Shown here: one piece after another, positions 62,956-64,000 of the stretch
How positions within the stretch are numbered: position 1 is the stretch's first letter
How the letters are laid out: the number at the start of each line of letters is the position of its first letter
Translations under genes and position numbers: made by a program
The notes under the pieces: generated by a model
The model's input: the letters and a program-made list of their open reading frames with translations, nothing else
Databases searched by the model: none
What the model was told of the DNA's origin: nothing
NCBI RefSeq assembly: GCF_009914755.1
Contig: NC_060935.1
DNA from: the human T2T-CHM13v2.0 reference genome, Homo sapiens
Direction: 5' to 3' (one strand)
DNA: 64,000 nt

Positions 62956-63801
62956 TTACTTCCTTATACATTTATAGAGAATTCAAGTTTAAGGTTCTGT
63001 ATTATAGATGATAACACAAAGATGAATCAGATACGAGTATGAGTCTTCACTGGAAACTTTCTCAGTGCTATGTTCTAGAGATCAGATATATTCACACATA
63101 CAAATACAGAGGGCAGAGAGTGGTATGTGTCTTTAAACAGACACAGTCAAAGCCCTAGGGCAATTTTTTATTCCTTTCTCTGCCCTCATCTTGGCTATTC
63201 CCACATCTCCCACTCTGTCCAATGACCTGGCCTATATTCAGGTACTTAATACAACTTGAAGCCTGATCCTCTTGGATGGGTTGACATTAGTGGACCCAGA
63301 AACTCTTTGTCTTAAAGCAAATACCTATTTGAAGTCCCTGAGGCCAATGATCTGCTTAACTCACCTCTGTAACAGCCCTTAGAAAAGATCCAGTTGACAC
63401 AGATACTCTTAATTGGTGATTAAATTGGCTGTGCTGGCCTGTCTGTGAGGTGCCGATAAAGCGTAGAGCTGTATAATATCAAGTCCAGACCAAAACAGTG
63501 GACTCTAGACCAAATCATGCTGTCTCCCAACTTGACTTTAAAATCTATCTCTATCATTAACAGCTTGTTCATTTTCTTGGGCAAATTCATTAACTCTTTC
63601 TAAACCCAGCTGAGCATTTAAGTGGCAGGAAACATGCTGGCCACATCCTGGAAATTCAGTCAGGCCACTTGCCCCTCAAAGGACCACCTGGGCAGCGTAG
63701 AAAGCACTCAGTGGCTCTATGCAGCTTCTGGATAATGAGTTAAGAGGTGGTAACAACGCTAGAAAGTGGAACAATTCTAAGCCCCATTCAACCATTTGGA
63801 C

Positions 63802-64000
63802 CATGCTCTCCAATATAAAAATTTAATGTGACCCACAAATGCAAGCCACTATATGAGTTAAAATTATTTAGAAATGTACTTATTTTTAAAAGCAAACAGG
63901 AACAGTTTATCAAAACTAATTAGTTTGATAATTAGTATTATGAAAACTAATTTTGATAGTATATTTTATTTAATTTACTGTAACCAAATATTATCATTTG
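63802..64000. mobile_element. MER33/MER3-like hAT-Charlie element running off the window end
   Basis: 'catgctctccaatataaaaatttaatgtgacccaca...atattttatttaat...ccaaatattatcattt'. Confidence 0.6.

Overview
Repeat-rich, AT-rich primate genomic DNA, almost certainly human (it carries AluYb8-type and AluYk-type elements). It looks intergenic or deep-intronic, and I can support no intact protein-coding gene. The only gene-derived sequence is a full-length processed pseudogene of CBX3/HP1-gamma (46691-48942) with 19-bp TSDs, a lost ATG, a frameshift, a nonsense codon and an internal AluSc. The rest is interspersed repeat: 12 Alu/FLAM copies, an L1PA 3' end, a HERV-L remnant, MST/MLT1/MER4 LTRs, Tigger1, MER1A, MER2, and old L2/MIR/CR1. 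The most interesting structure is not explained by repeat annotation. (1) A ~455-bp, ~98% identical inverted repeat (19412-21282) has arms that appear to be reciprocal chimeras and end in a perfect 55-bp hairpin plus a direct repeat, consistent with serial template switching. (2) A ~200-bp insertion has the anatomy of an orphan 3' transduction (35579-35786). (3) A monomeric AluYb8-type element was made by left/right-arm fusion. (4) A HERV-L lacks its 5' LTR yet retains a perfect TSD. (5) A 31-bp templated insertion lies inside Tigger1. (6) A compact MEF2/TEAD/E-box cluster resembles a muscle enhancer. I cannot demonstrate a new biological system from sequence alone. Repeat subfamily names come from my recollection of consensus sequences, and boundaries of old repeats are approximate.
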